Below are positions 39,744 through 50,149 of a stretch of DNA of 64,000 nt, one piece after another; the first letter of the stretch is position 1; each line of letters opens with the position of its first letter. The position numbers were made by a program, and so were the translations under genes. Under the pieces are notes generated by a model, which was given only the letters and a program-made list of their open reading frames with translations, was not told where the DNA came from and made no database searches. Source of the stretch: an uncultured Eubacteriales bacterium (GTDB lineage Bacteria > Bacillota > Clostridia > Oscillospirales > Acutalibacteraceae); NCBI GenBank assembly GCA_900316435.1, contig ONCY01000001.1, positions 16,358 to 80,357 of the forward strand, in the 5' to 3' direction.

Positions 39744-40847
39744 GTGAAATTCGTATTAATTTCTCCGAAAAACAGAACAGTATACAATTTCCGCGGTGAT
39801 CTCATCAAGGAGATAAAGGCAAAGGGCTATGAGGTTATCGTCACGGGCCCCGACAAGACGGACGTCAATAAAATCGAGGCGCTCGGCGTTCGGTTTGTTG
39901 AGATCCCCGTAAACAAAACCGGCACAAGCATTCGCGGAGATTTGAAATATTGCAGCGCGCTGACAAAGCTTTTGAAAGAAGAAAAACCCGACGTGACGCT
40001 CGGCTACACTATAAAGCCGGTTGTGTACGGCGCTATCGCCGCAAAACGCGCAAAGGTGAAGAACATCAACAGCCTTGTTACGGGCGGCGGATATACCTTC
40101 ATTGCGACCTCGCTCAAAGCCCGAGTTTTGGGAAAGATCGTTCGCACTTTGTACCGCATAGGCTTTAAAAAAGCGGACAACGTTATTTTCCAGAACCCCG
40201 ACGACCTCAATGAGTTTTGCGAAAGAAAGCTTGTAAAAAGGGAAAAGTGCTCATATGTAAACGGCTCGGGCGTGAATCTTTCGCGCTTTGAAACAGCTCC
40301 GTTCCCAAGTGAGATATCTTTCTTTATGCTGTCCCGCTTTTTGAAAAGCAAGGGAGTTTGCGAGTATCTGGAAGCGGCTAAAATCGTCAAGAGCAAATAC
40401 CCGAATGTCAAATTCGGCATTCTCGGAAAGTATGAAACGACAATGCAGGACGCGGTCGATATAGCTTACGCCGAAGAATTTATCAAAAACGGTATTGTCG
40501 AAAGATATGACGAGACCTCCGACGTGCGCCCTTATTACGCAAAAAGCAGCGTGTACGTCCTTCCCTCATACCGCGAGGGAACGCCACGTACGGTGCTGGA
40601 GGCTATGGCTATGGGCAGACCGGTTATTACAACCGATACCCAGGGCTGCCGTGAAACGGTTATCGACGGCAAAAACGGCTTTTTGGTGCCTATCAAAAAC
40701 GCCGAAGCCGTTGCCGAGAAAATGATTTGGTTTATCAAACACCCCGAAATGATTGAGGCAATGGGAAACGAAAGTCTGAATTATGTCAGGGAAAAGTTTG
40801 ATGTAAACATTGTAAACAGCAAAATGCTCGGCATTATGAATATTTGA
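39744..40847 (+). CDS. GT4 glycosyltransferase (PglA/CapM-like)
   Basis: YNFRGDLI, YTIKP, FQNPDD, GSGV, LPSYREGTPR..LEAMA. Confidence 0.92.
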   Translation: MKFVLISPKNRTVYNFRGDLIKEIKAKGYEVIVTGPDKTDVNKIEALGVRFVEIPVNKTGTSIRGDLKYCSALTKLLKEEKPDVTLGYTIKPVVYGAIAAKRAKVKNINSLVTGGGYTFIATSLKARVLGKIVRTLYRIGFKKADNVIFQNPDDLNEFCERKLVKREKCSYVNGSGVNLSRFETAPFPSEISFFMLSRFLKSKGVCEYLEAAKIVKSKYPNVKFGILGKYETTMQDAVDIAYAEEFIKNGIVERYDETSDVRPYYAKSSVYVLPSYREGTPRTVLEAMAMGRPVITTDTQGCRETVIDGKNGFLVPIKNAEAVAEKMIWFIKHPEMIEAMGNESLNYVREKFDVNIVNSKMLGIMNI

Positions 40848-40873
40848 GCATTTTCGGATAGGAGTATGAACGC

Positions 40874-42184
40874 ATGGATCTTTATGAAAGATTGCTGAAC
40901 AGAGAAGAAAAGCTCTCGCTTGTCGGTTTGGGCTATGTAGGTATGCCTATAGCGGTTGCCTTTGCAAAGAAAATCGACGTTGTGGGCTTTGACCTCAACG
41001 AAAAGAAAATCGAGCTTTACAAGAGCGGCGTTGACCCCACAAACGAGGTCGGCGACGAGGCTATCAAAAATACGACCGTCGACTTTACCGCCGATGAAAC
41101 AAAGCTGAGAGAAGCTAAGTTCCATATCGTGGCGGTGCCGACTCCCGTAAACGACGACCATACTCCCGACCTGACTCCCGTTGAGGGCGCTTCCAAGATC
41201 CTCGGCAGAAACCTCACAAAGGGCAGCGTAGTTGTCTTTGAGTCAACCGTATATCCGGGCGTTACCGAGGACGTTTGCGTACCTATTCTTGAGCGCGAAT
41301 CGGGATTGAAGTGCGGCGTTGATTTTAAAATCGGCTATTCTCCCGAGCGAATCAACCCCGGCGATAAGGTGCACAGGCTTGAAACCATCACTAAAATCGT
41401 TTCCGGCATGGACGAGGAAGCCATTGATGTTATTGCCAAGGTTTACGAGCTTGTTGTTGAGGCGGGCGTTCACCGCGCCGAGAGCATTAAGGTAGCGGAG
41501 GCCGCTAAGGTAATAGAGAACAGCCAGCGCGACATCAACATCGCGTTTATGAACGAGCTGTCAATTATCTTCAATAAAATGGGAATCGACACCAAGTCCG
41601 TGCTTGAAGCCGCGGGCACAAAGTGGAATTTCCTGAAATTCTATCCCGGTCTTGTCGGTGGCCACTGCATAGGCGTTGACCCGTACTACCTGACATATAA
41701 GGCGGAAATGCTCGGCTACCACAGCCAGATTATCCTTTCGGGCAGACGAATCAACGACGATATGGGCAAGTACGTTGCCGAAAACGTCGTTAAAAAGCTG
41801 ATTGCGGCGGACAAGCCTGTAAAGAGCGCCAAGGTCGCTATTTTGGGCTTCACCTTCAAGGAGAACTGCCCCGACACCAGAAACACCAAAATCATCGACA
41901 TCGTCAACGAGCTTAAGGAATACGGAATCACCCCCGTGATCGCCGACCCTGCCGCCGACGCCGATGAGGCAAAGCGGCTCTACGGCATTGAATTTGTTGA
42001 TATGAGCACTGTAAAGAATATGGACGCTGTTGTCCTCGCCGTCGCGCACGACTGCTTCAAGGAGCTGTCGAAGAACGAAATCGACAATCTCTACGGCGAC
42101 GGCAAAAAGATTTTGATCGATATTAAAGGTCTGCTTAATCGTTGCGAATACGAGAAAGCAGGGTATGTATATTGGAGACTATAA
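40874..42184 (+). CDS. UDP-HexNAc 6-dehydrogenase (WbpO/TviB-like)
   Basis: GLGYVG, ESTVYPG, SPERINPG, GGHCIGVDPYYL, FKENCPD.RN. Confidence 0.93.
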   Translation: MDLYERLLNREEKLSLVGLGYVGMPIAVAFAKKIDVVGFDLNEKKIELYKSGVDPTNEVGDEAIKNTTVDFTADETKLREAKFHIVAVPTPVNDDHTPDLTPVEGASKILGRNLTKGSVVVFESTVYPGVTEDVCVPILERESGLKCGVDFKIGYSPERINPGDKVHRLETITKIVSGMDEEAIDVIAKVYELVVEAGVHRAESIKVAEAAKVIENSQRDINIAFMNELSIIFNKMGIDTKSVLEAAGTKWNFLKFYPGLVGGHCIGVDPYYLTYKAEMLGYHSQIILSGRRINDDMGKYVAENVVKKLIAADKPVKSAKVAILGFTFKENCPDTRNTKIIDIVNELKEYGITPVIADPAADADEAKRLYGIEFVDMSTVKNMDAVVLAVAHDCFKELSKNEIDNLYGDGKKILIDIKGLLNRCEYEKAGYVYWRL

Positions 42185-42221
42185 TTCTAATTACAATGAT
42201 GATTAGAAAGTGAGATTATGC

Positions 42222-43340
42222 ATGGGAACGCTTTCAAAAAAAGTATTTCGTACAATTGATAATATTCCTGCCAAGGCTGCGAAAACAAAATTCAAAATAG
42301 GCGAGAATATTGCTATTGTAAAAAAGAGAAAAATATACAATAAGGTTAAATGGACTGCGGAACAGACAGCAGAATTTAATGATTATTGGAAAAAATGGGG
42401 CGGTGTAAAGCCCTACTGGCATAAACTTTATCAAAGCATAAACGGTGTTTTTAATGTAAAGTATTTTCCCGAAAAACTATATTCGACTAAGCTTGAGCCC
42501 ATGCTGAACCCGTGGATTTACAGTAAGGTTTTCAGCGATAAAAACATGATTGATTTGTTCTGGGGTAATGTAGAAGGTGTTAATATTCCAAGAAGAATCT
42601 TATCAAAAATGAATACATCGTATTATGACGGAGAAGGAAACTATGTTTCTTTAAATAAAGCAGTTGAAATAGTTAATGATATCGGAAAATGTATTATTAA
42701 ACCAACTGTTGATTCGTCATCAGGGCAGGGTGTAAAACTGCTGAACTTTGTAAATGGAGTTGACGAGCTGTCCGGAGAGAGTGCAAAAAGCTTAATTGAA
42801 AGAAGAAATGATAGCTTTGTTGTTCAGGAAATTGTTGAAAACAACAAGAATATCAGAGAAATACATCCTAATTCACTTAATACAATCAGAGTGATTACAT
42901 ATAAAGTTGAAGAAGAAATACATTGTGCCCCTTTAACGTTGAGAATCGGAGTTGGCGATTCTACAGTTGATAATATTCATGCGGGCGGATTGTGCGTCGG
43001 GATTAATAAAGACGGTACGTTGAAGAAAAAAGCTTATCAATTAGGGTGGGGAGATAGCAGTAGGTATTTCCTTAAACATCCGACATCCGGAATTGTTTTT
43101 AAGGATTATTATATCGGAAACATGCGCCAAGTGATAGATGCCGCAAAAAGACTACACGAAAAAGCGACTCAACTTGGTATTGTATCTTGGGACTTAACGA
43201 TTAACAAGAATGAACAAGTTGTTTTGATTGAGGCTAATTGTTATGGACAAAGTGTTTGGTTCCCTCAAGTAATAAACGGACAATCACTGTTCGGAGATGA
43301 CACTGAATACTTTTTAGAAAAAATAGCAAAAAATAAGTAA
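42222..43340 (+). CDS. Sugar-transfer-associated ATP-grasp protein
   Basis: DKN, IIKP..SSSGQGV, VQE, SLNTIRVIT, DN..AGG, SWDL, LIEAN. Confidence 0.8.
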   Translation: MGTLSKKVFRTIDNIPAKAAKTKFKIGENIAIVKKRKIYNKVKWTAEQTAEFNDYWKKWGGVKPYWHKLYQSINGVFNVKYFPEKLYSTKLEPMLNPWIYSKVFSDKNMIDLFWGNVEGVNIPRRILSKMNTSYYDGEGNYVSLNKAVEIVNDIGKCIIKPTVDSSSGQGVKLLNFVNGVDELSGESAKSLIERRNDSFVVQEIVENNKNIREIHPNSLNTIRVITYKVEEEIHCAPLTLRIGVGDSTVDNIHAGGLCVGINKDGTLKKKAYQLGWGDSSRYFLKHPTSGIVFKDYYIGNMRQVIDAAKRLHEKATQLGIVSWDLTINKNEQVVLIEANCYGQSVWFPQVINGQSLFGDDTEYFLEKIAKNK

Positions 43341-43344
43341 GGTA

Positions 43345-44325
43345 ATGAATATGGGATATAATCATCTCAAATTTGATAAAAGCGCCGTGTTTTTAGTAAC
43401 AGGCGGCGCGGGCTTTATCGGCTCAAACCTCTGCGAAGCGATTTTGAATATGGGCTACAGGGTGCGCTGTCTTGACGACCTTTCAACAGGCAAGAAGGCA
43501 AACGTCGACCTGTTCCTCCACAACGCGAATTATGAGTTCATCAAGGGTGATATCAAAGACTTGGACACCTGCATGAAAGCCTGCGAGGGCGTTGATTATG
43601 TCCTGAATCAGGCTGCGTGGGGTTCTGTTCCGAGAAGTATTGAAATGCCGCTGTTCTACTGTGCCAACAACATTCAGGGCACGCTGAATATGCTTGAAGC
43701 GGCAAGGCAAAACGGCGTTAAGAAATTTGTTTACGCTTCGTCTTCTTCGGTTTACGGCGACGAGCCGAACCTGCCGAAAAAAGAGGGCAGAGAAGGCAAC
43801 TTGCTTTCTCCGTACGCGGTCAGCAAAAGAGCCGACGAGGAATGGGCAAAGCAGTACACAAAGCACTACGGGCTTGATACCTACGGACTGCGTTACTTCA
43901 ACGTGTTCGGCAGACGTCAGGATCCGAACGGCGCGTACGCCGCGGTCATACCGAAATTCATTAAGCAATTACTCAGCGGCGAAACGCCGACCATTAACGG
44001 CGACGGCAGACAGAGCCGCGATTTTACATACATTGAAAACGTTATCGAGGCAAACTTAAAGGCGTGTCTTGCTCCGAGCGACGCGGCAGGCGAGGCGTTC
44101 AACGTCGCCTTTGGCGGCAGAGAATTTTTGCTCGATATCTACTACGGTCTGACAGAGGCTCTGGGCTTAAAGGTTGAACCAAACTTCGGCCCCGACCGCG
44201 CGGGCGACATAAAGCACTCAAACGCCGATATTTCAAAGGCAAAACAGCTCCTCGGCTACAACCCCGAATGGAGCTTTGAAAGAGGCATCAAGGCGGCTAT
44301 CGAGTGGTATAGAGAGAATTTGTGA
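43345..44325 (+). CDS. UDP-GlcNAc(A) 4-epimerase, SDR family (WbpP/TviC-like)
   Basis: TGGAGFIGSN, QAAWGSVPRS, SPYAVSK, YFNVFGRRQDP.GAYAAVIP. Confidence 0.92.
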   Translation: MNMGYNHLKFDKSAVFLVTGGAGFIGSNLCEAILNMGYRVRCLDDLSTGKKANVDLFLHNANYEFIKGDIKDLDTCMKACEGVDYVLNQAAWGSVPRSIEMPLFYCANNIQGTLNMLEAARQNGVKKFVYASSSSVYGDEPNLPKKEGREGNLLSPYAVSKRADEEWAKQYTKHYGLDTYGLRYFNVFGRRQDPNGAYAAVIPKFIKQLLSGETPTINGDGRQSRDFTYIENVIEANLKACLAPSDAAGEAFNVAFGGREFLLDIYYGLTEALGLKVEPNFGPDRAGDIKHSNADISKAKQLLGYNPEWSFERGIKAAIEWYRENL

Positions 44326-44356
44326 AAACATTATTTTGGGTTTTGAGGGCATTTGT

Positions 44357-45256
44357 ATGAGTTTTACTATAAAGAAATTGTTTCCAAGAAAGTTAGCCCG
44401 TAAGATGATGGGTGGACTGTCCTTTTTGCCTGACAGCCTTTATTTAAAACTGTTCTATTTTGCTGCTACCGGAAAAACCCTTAATTTACGTAACCCAAAG
44501 CTATTCAGTGAAAAAGAGCAGTGGCTAAAACTACATGATATTCATCCCGAGTACAAAGACTTGGTTGATAAGATGACTGTCAATAAATATATTGATGAAA
44601 TACTTGGAGAAGGGTACTGCTTTCAGACGCTTGGATATTGGGAACGGTTTGACGATATTGATTTTGATGACCTCCCGGATAGTTTTGTGTTAAAATGCAA
44701 TCATGATTCGGGAAGCACAAAAGTCATTTCAGATAAAAATTCTTTATCTAAAAAAGATATCGATGATATGAAAAAGTTTTTTAACGCTCGGGTAAAAAAA
44801 GACTTTTATCATGCAGGCAGGGAATACCCTTACAAAGGAATTAAGCCGTATATTATGGCACAAAAGTACATGGCTGATAACGGTGAAATAAATGATTACA
44901 AGTTTTTTTGCTTTAATGGCGACCCAAAAATAATGTTCGTAGCAACAGATAGAAGCACAGATGTAAAATTTGATTTCTTTGATATGGATTTCAATCACTT
45001 AGATATAGTTAATATTCATCCCAATTCGGGGAAGATAATCAAGAAGCCCAAATGCTTTGATGAAATGAAGCAAATCGCGGCAAAACTGTCTAAAGGAATG
45101 AAATTTGTTCGAATTGATTTATATGAGATAAACGGAAAGGTTTACTTTGGCGAGTTTACATTTTTTCATGGAGGCGGATTCTGTTTGTTTTATCCGATTG
45201 AATGGGAAAGAAAACTTGGAGATATGATTTCGCTGAACGATAAAGTTTTGGACTGA
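44357..45256 (+). CDS. TupA-like ATP-grasp protein
   Basis: NP..FSEK.QWLKL, FVLKCNHDSG, DYKFFCFNG, FVRIDLY, YFGEFTF. Confidence 0.88.
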   Translation: MSFTIKKLFPRKLARKMMGGLSFLPDSLYLKLFYFAATGKTLNLRNPKLFSEKEQWLKLHDIHPEYKDLVDKMTVNKYIDEILGEGYCFQTLGYWERFDDIDFDDLPDSFVLKCNHDSGSTKVISDKNSLSKKDIDDMKKFFNARVKKDFYHAGREYPYKGIKPYIMAQKYMADNGEINDYKFFCFNGDPKIMFVATDRSTDVKFDFFDMDFNHLDIVNIHPNSGKIIKKPKCFDEMKQIAAKLSKGMKFVRIDLYEINGKVYFGEFTFFHGGGFCLFYPIEWERKLGDMISLNDKVLD

Positions 45257-45327
45257 TAAAAATATACTGAGGACTTTGCAGGAAAAACGATCCTTTGAAT
45301 ATCAATTAAGTGATTGGAATGACGGTT

Positions 45328-46425
45328 ATGATTCGAATATTACAGGTTGTTACAAATATGGGACGCGGTGGTATTGAAACCATGCTGATGAATTATTTCA
45401 GAAAAATTGACCGCAGCATTATTCAGTTTGATTTTCTTGTCCACAGGGATGGAAAAGGTGATTATGATGATGAGATTCTCAGTCTCGGAGGAAGAATCTA
45501 TCATGTTCCGAGATATAATCCGTTCAGCCGCATATATAGAAATAGCGTAAGAATTTTTTTTGAAAAACATAAAGAGTATCAGATTGTACATTCTCACATA
45601 AATTCAATGAGCGGAATCGTGTTGCAGGAAGCGGCAAGAAGCGGTGTACCGATAAGGATTGCCCACAGCCACTGTGAAGGATTTGAGAAAAGCTTAAAAG
45701 TACCGATAAAAAAAATGTTCATTCCTCAAATTCCCAGGAATGCAACTCATTACATGGCATGCAGCGAAGCAGCAGGCAAGTTTTTGTTTGGAAATAATAA
45801 GCATTTTATTGTATTGCCAAATGCTATTGAGGCAAAAAAATTCAGATATAACGAATCGACCCGAAACGCAATGCGAAAAGAATTATCTATTCCTGATGAC
45901 AATATAGTTCTTGGCCATGTAGGAAGGTTTTTGGGGCAGAAAAATCATGTATTTTTGATTGATATTTTTCAAGAAGTTGTAAAGAAGAAGAATGCAACGT
46001 TACTCTTAATAGGTGATGGGGAGTTAAAGCATGAAATAAAAAGGCGTGTGGAAGAGAAGCATCTTTCAGATAAAGTAATTTTTGCGGGTGTACGTTCTGA
46101 TGTACCTGAACTGATGCAGGCTATGGATATTTTTGTTTTTCCGTCTTTATTTGAAGGGTTAGGAGTTGCTGCTGTTGAGGCTCAGGCAGCGGGATTGCCT
46201 ACGGTTATCTCTGATTGTATTCCGTCTGAGGTAATAATTGCAAAGGAATTAGTATCGGCATTGAGCTTGAAGCAGTCTGCTGTAGAATGGGCGGAGCATA
46301 TTATTTCCAAAGCCGGAACACAGAGAACAGATACCTCGCTTGAGATAATTAAGAATGGGTATGATGCTTCTGAAAACGTAAAATGGTTAACAGAGTATTA
46401 TCAGGCAAGACTGTCTGAGATTTGA
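45328..46425 (+). CDS. GT4 glycosyltransferase (EpsF-like)
   Basis: GGIET, RIAHSH, GHVGRF..QKNH, FPSLFEGL..EAQA. Confidence 0.92.
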   Translation: MIRILQVVTNMGRGGIETMLMNYFRKIDRSIIQFDFLVHRDGKGDYDDEILSLGGRIYHVPRYNPFSRIYRNSVRIFFEKHKEYQIVHSHINSMSGIVLQEAARSGVPIRIAHSHCEGFEKSLKVPIKKMFIPQIPRNATHYMACSEAAGKFLFGNNKHFIVLPNAIEAKKFRYNESTRNAMRKELSIPDDNIVLGHVGRFLGQKNHVFLIDIFQEVVKKKNATLLLIGDGELKHEIKRRVEEKHLSDKVIFAGVRSDVPELMQAMDIFVFPSLFEGLGVAAVEAQAAGLPTVISDCIPSEVIIAKELVSALSLKQSAVEWAEHIISKAGTQRTDTSLEIIKNGYDASENVKWLTEYYQARLSEI

Positions 46426-46433
46426 GGTTGTTT

Positions 46434-47327
46434 ATGGCTGATACCGGCGTTTTACTTAGTATAGTAACCCCCGTATATAACAGAGCAGAATTGCTTAATA
46501 ATTGTTTTCAGTCGTTATTTGCTCAAACCTGTTATGATTTTGAGTGGATCATTGTTGATGACGGCAGCACGGACAGCACACTGGAAGTTGCACGGTCGTT
46601 TAAGGCTGACTTCCCGATTAAAGTCATATCAAAGCCAAACGGCGGTAAACACACTGCGTTAAATGAATCTCATAAGCATATCAGCGGAAAGTACGTTTTG
46701 ATACTTGACAGCGACGATACGCTGGTTCCGTCGGCGGCAGCGGATGTAATCAAGGGCTGGAAGAAATATGAGGATCAGGAAGAAATCGGTTTGATTGCTT
46801 TTTTACGGGGAACCGATGAATTTCATCCTCTGTGCAAGGCTTATGACGCGGATGAAGGCAAACCTGTAGATATTATCCGATACAGGCGCGAAAGCTTTGT
46901 AAGCGGCGACGCCTGCGAAGTTATAAGAACTGAGCTTTTTACAAAATACCCTTTCCCGGTGTTTGAGGGGGAAAAATTCGTCGCTGAAGGCGCTCTGTGG
47001 AATCGGGTAGGGCTTACACATAAATGCGTTTATATAAATAAAGTAATATATATATGCCACTACCTGGAAGGCGGATTGACTAAGTCGGGAAAGCCGATGA
47101 GGGTTCACAACCCTAACGGCGGAATGTATGTCGCCAATCTGGGAATGGTAAAAAAGAACTTCTTTAAGAGCCGCGTAAAAAACGGTTTGCTGTATACATG
47201 CTACGGCTTTTTTGCTAAGAAAAGCGTCGCAGAAATATTCAGACAGTGCCGTGCAAAGGCTTTGATGTGCTTTTGCCTGCCTTACGGATTTGCGATGTAT
47301 CTGATTTGGAAAAAGAAGTATTATTGA
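46434..47327 (+). CDS. GT2 glycosyltransferase
   Basis: TPVYNR, VDDGSTD, NGGKH.A, LDSDD. Confidence 0.92.
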   Translation: MADTGVLLSIVTPVYNRAELLNNCFQSLFAQTCYDFEWIIVDDGSTDSTLEVARSFKADFPIKVISKPNGGKHTALNESHKHISGKYVLILDSDDTLVPSAAADVIKGWKKYEDQEEIGLIAFLRGTDEFHPLCKAYDADEGKPVDIIRYRRESFVSGDACEVIRTELFTKYPFPVFEGEKFVAEGALWNRVGLTHKCVYINKVIYICHYLEGGLTKSGKPMRVHNPNGGMYVANLGMVKKNFFKSRVKNGLLYTCYGFFAKKSVAEIFRQCRAKALMCFCLPYGFAMYLIWKKKYY

Positions 47328-47352
47328 CAGCTGCCTCAATCAGGGGTGAATA

Positions 47353-48441
47353 ATGAAAAAAGTACTTATTATTTGCGCCGGATTGCAATTCGGCGGGGTT
47401 GAAAGATTTGCCGCGAATACTATTAATTTCGCGCCGGCAGATGAGTTTCAATTCGATTATCTGATATTTGAAGGTCTCGGCGACGCGTTTGCGCCCGAGA
47501 AAATAGAAAAAGGCGGCAGAGTGATCACATTTCCTTCGCCGCAGCAAGGATATAAAAGCTATATAAAAAAGCTGGGCGATTTGATTGACGAGAATAATTA
47601 TGATGTCGTTCACTCGCACACTCAGTTTAATTCGGGGCTCAACCTTTGGGTGGCAAAAAAGCACGGCGTGCCCGTGAGGATTGCTCATTCGCATACCACA
47701 GCCCATGAGAACAAGACGTCAAAAAAGCAGCTTGTTTATGAGAAGCTAATGCGGAAAATGATTGTGCGCAACGCTACCCACTGCTGTTCTTGCGGCGTTG
47801 AAGCCGGAAAGTGGATGTACGGCGACAAGCCGTTTACCGTGATATCAAACGGAATTGATACGGATTTGTTCGCTTATAACGAGTCAAACAGAGAGTCGGT
47901 AAGAGAAAAATACGGAATCAAAAAGGATTCTTTATTGATAGGTCATTCAGGAACTATCTCAAAGCTGAAGAATCAGGAACTGCTTATCAGACTTCTTCCC
48001 GAGATAAGAAAAAAGAGGAACACCGAGCTCTTTCTTTTAGGAACTTGCCCCAATCAGGAGGAACTACTGCGGCTTAAGGATCTCGCTTCAGAGCTTAAAG
48101 TTACGGATTCTGTGCACTTTGCCGGTGCGGTTATGAATGTCAACGAGCACTTATCCGCTTTTGATGTGTTCGCGTTTCCATCGCTCAGAGAAGGAACACC
48201 GTTAGCGCTTATTGAGGCTCAGGCAAACGGTCTGCCGTGCGTAATCAGCGATAATATCGCCTCGGACGCGGTTTTATCGGATTTGGTAACGCAGATCCCT
48301 CTAAGCGATGAAGAAGCGTGGATCAGCGATCTTTTAAAAGCAAAGAGAAATCAACCCGAAAAGTATGTTGATGTTATAAAAAAGTCAGGTTATGACGCGC
48401 GTGAGGCTTATCGAAAGCTATTTGAAATTTATAGAAGTTAA
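47353..48441 (+). CDS. GT4 glycosyltransferase (EpsF-like)
   Basis: GGVER, RIAHSH, KNQ, FPSLREG..LIEAQA. Confidence 0.92.
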   Translation: MKKVLIICAGLQFGGVERFAANTINFAPADEFQFDYLIFEGLGDAFAPEKIEKGGRVITFPSPQQGYKSYIKKLGDLIDENNYDVVHSHTQFNSGLNLWVAKKHGVPVRIAHSHTTAHENKTSKKQLVYEKLMRKMIVRNATHCCSCGVEAGKWMYGDKPFTVISNGIDTDLFAYNESNRESVREKYGIKKDSLLIGHSGTISKLKNQELLIRLLPEIRKKRNTELFLLGTCPNQEELLRLKDLASELKVTDSVHFAGAVMNVNEHLSAFDVFAFPSLREGTPLALIEAQANGLPCVISDNIASDAVLSDLVTQIPLSDEEAWISDLLKAKRNQPEKYVDVIKKSGYDAREAYRKLFEIYRS

Positions 48442-48465
48442 CAAAGAATTGTTGGGAGATATACA

Positions 48466-48990
48466 TTGAGTTTTAAAAAGAGTTTTGCCAAAATCATCTA
48501 TAATGCGTTCGGAAAACACATGCCGCTTTCCGACAGCAATTACAGTTTTGGAAGCAAGAAAGTTCGCGCGTGGTGCGGCAGAAGGATACTGGCTGAGTGC
48601 GGCAAAAATGTTAATATAGAAACAGGTGCGCAATTTGCGGATGATGTAAGATTAGGAGATAATTCCGGCATCGGAGTTAACGCCACCATCTCCGCGGGAG
48701 CGACTATCGGAAATGATGTTATGATGGGGCCGGATTGTACTATTCTTACATCAAATCACGGTATGCTCGACAATGGGATTCCTATGTGGAAGCAGAAATC
48801 AAGTGAGACTCGCCCGGTTACAATTGGAAATAATTGCTGGATCGGCTCCCATGTTATTATTCTCCCCGGAGTAACGCTTGGCGACGGATGTGTTGTCGGA
48901 GCGGGTTCGGTTGTAACAAAGAGCTTCGGCGATAATTGTATAATTGCCGGCAATCCTGCAAGATTTATTAAATTCAGACCTAAACAATAA
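48466..48990 (+). CDS. Hexapeptide-repeat O-acetyltransferase
   Basis: [32 protein letters not shown]. Confidence 0.9.
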   Translation: MSFKKSFAKIIYNAFGKHMPLSDSNYSFGSKKVRAWCGRRILAECGKNVNIETGAQFADDVRLGDNSGIGVNATISAGATIGNDVMMGPDCTILTSNHGMLDNGIPMWKQKSSETRPVTIGNNCWIGSHVIILPGVTLGDGCVVGAGSVVTKSFGDNCIIAGNPARFIKFRPKQ

Positions 48991-49010
48991 CCATAATACT
49001 GATTTGAAAA

Positions 49011-50132
49011 ATGATTAAAATTCTATTTTTTATTGATAAATTTGCATATAACGGATCTATCGGCGGAGCTGAAAAAGTGCTTATCGCATTGGTGAATCAT
49101 ATGGATCCGGAAAAATTTGATATTACGGTGCAAACGCTTTTCCCGGACGAGTATTCAAGCCTTTTGAACCCTAATATCAAATATAAGTATTGTTATTCTA
49201 AGAAAACTTCTTTAGCCTATAAGCTTTTCAGAGTTGAAGCTCAGCTCGGTCTGGTTTACGCTTTACATATCAAGGATGATTTTGATATTGAAGTTGCTTA
49301 TCTTGAGAGCGAAACAACAAAGGTGATGGCTTCATCAACTAATAAGAAAGCGAAGAAAATAGCGTGGATTCACTGTGATTTTGACATTGCGGTTTCAGAT
49401 AAAGAAGCATTTTATAAAAAGACCGTAAAACGGTATAAAAAATTTGACAAAATAGCTTGTGTTTCCGAGAAGTGCAGAGATAGTTTCATTTCTGTCTTTG
49501 GGGACGATCCAGAAGCGGTCGTAATACATAATACGATTGACGATAATGAAATACGTGAAAAATCGGAACAGTCATTACCGGAGAGTGTAAGCAAAAGAAA
49601 GTTTACATTTTGCACTGTGGGCAACATGACCCCGCCTAAAAATCATATCAGACTGTTAAGCGCAGCATATAGGTTGCATGAAGAAGGATATGATTTTGAT
49701 TTGTGGATGGTCGGCGATGGCGAGCTAAGAGCTCAAATCGAAGCTAATATCGACGAGTATGATATGGGTGATTATGTAAAGCTTTGCGGCTTTCAGAAAA
49801 ACCCTTATCCGTTTATGAAAGAGGCGGACTGGCTGGTTTGTTCATCAAACTTTGAAGGCTTCAGCACTTTTGTTTCGGAGGGGGTTATTCTGGGAAAGCC
49901 GATACTTACAACCGATTGCTCGGGTATGAAAGAGTTGCTTGGCGATTCGGAATACGGAATAATTGTCCCGAATGACGATGAAGAGTTTTATAAAGGCTTG
50001 AAAAAGGTTCTTTCTCTTAGTGAAGAACAGGTACAGAGTTATGCCGAGAAGAGCCATTTGCGCGGTAAGATGTTCAGCACGGATTATCTCGTTAAGAATA
50101 CGGAAAGATTTTTGAACTTGATAATAATATAG
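49011..50132 (+). CDS. GT4 glycosyltransferase
   Basis: GGAEK, AWIH, GFQKNPYP, SS.FEG. Confidence 0.9.
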   Translation: MIKILFFIDKFAYNGSIGGAEKVLIALVNHMDPEKFDITVQTLFPDEYSSLLNPNIKYKYCYSKKTSLAYKLFRVEAQLGLVYALHIKDDFDIEVAYLESETTKVMASSTNKKAKKIAWIHCDFDIAVSDKEAFYKKTVKRYKKFDKIACVSEKCRDSFISVFGDDPEAVVIHNTIDDNEIREKSEQSLPESVSKRKFTFCTVGNMTPPKNHIRLLSAAYRLHEEGYDFDLWMVGDGELRAQIEANIDEYDMGDYVKLCGFQKNPYPFMKEADWLVCSSNFEGFSTFVSEGVILGKPILTTDCSGMKELLGDSEYGIIVPNDDEEFYKGLKKVLSLSEEQVQSYAEKSHLRGKMFSTDYLVKNTERFLNLIII

Positions 50133-50149
50133 AAAAAGGGAATTTTATT

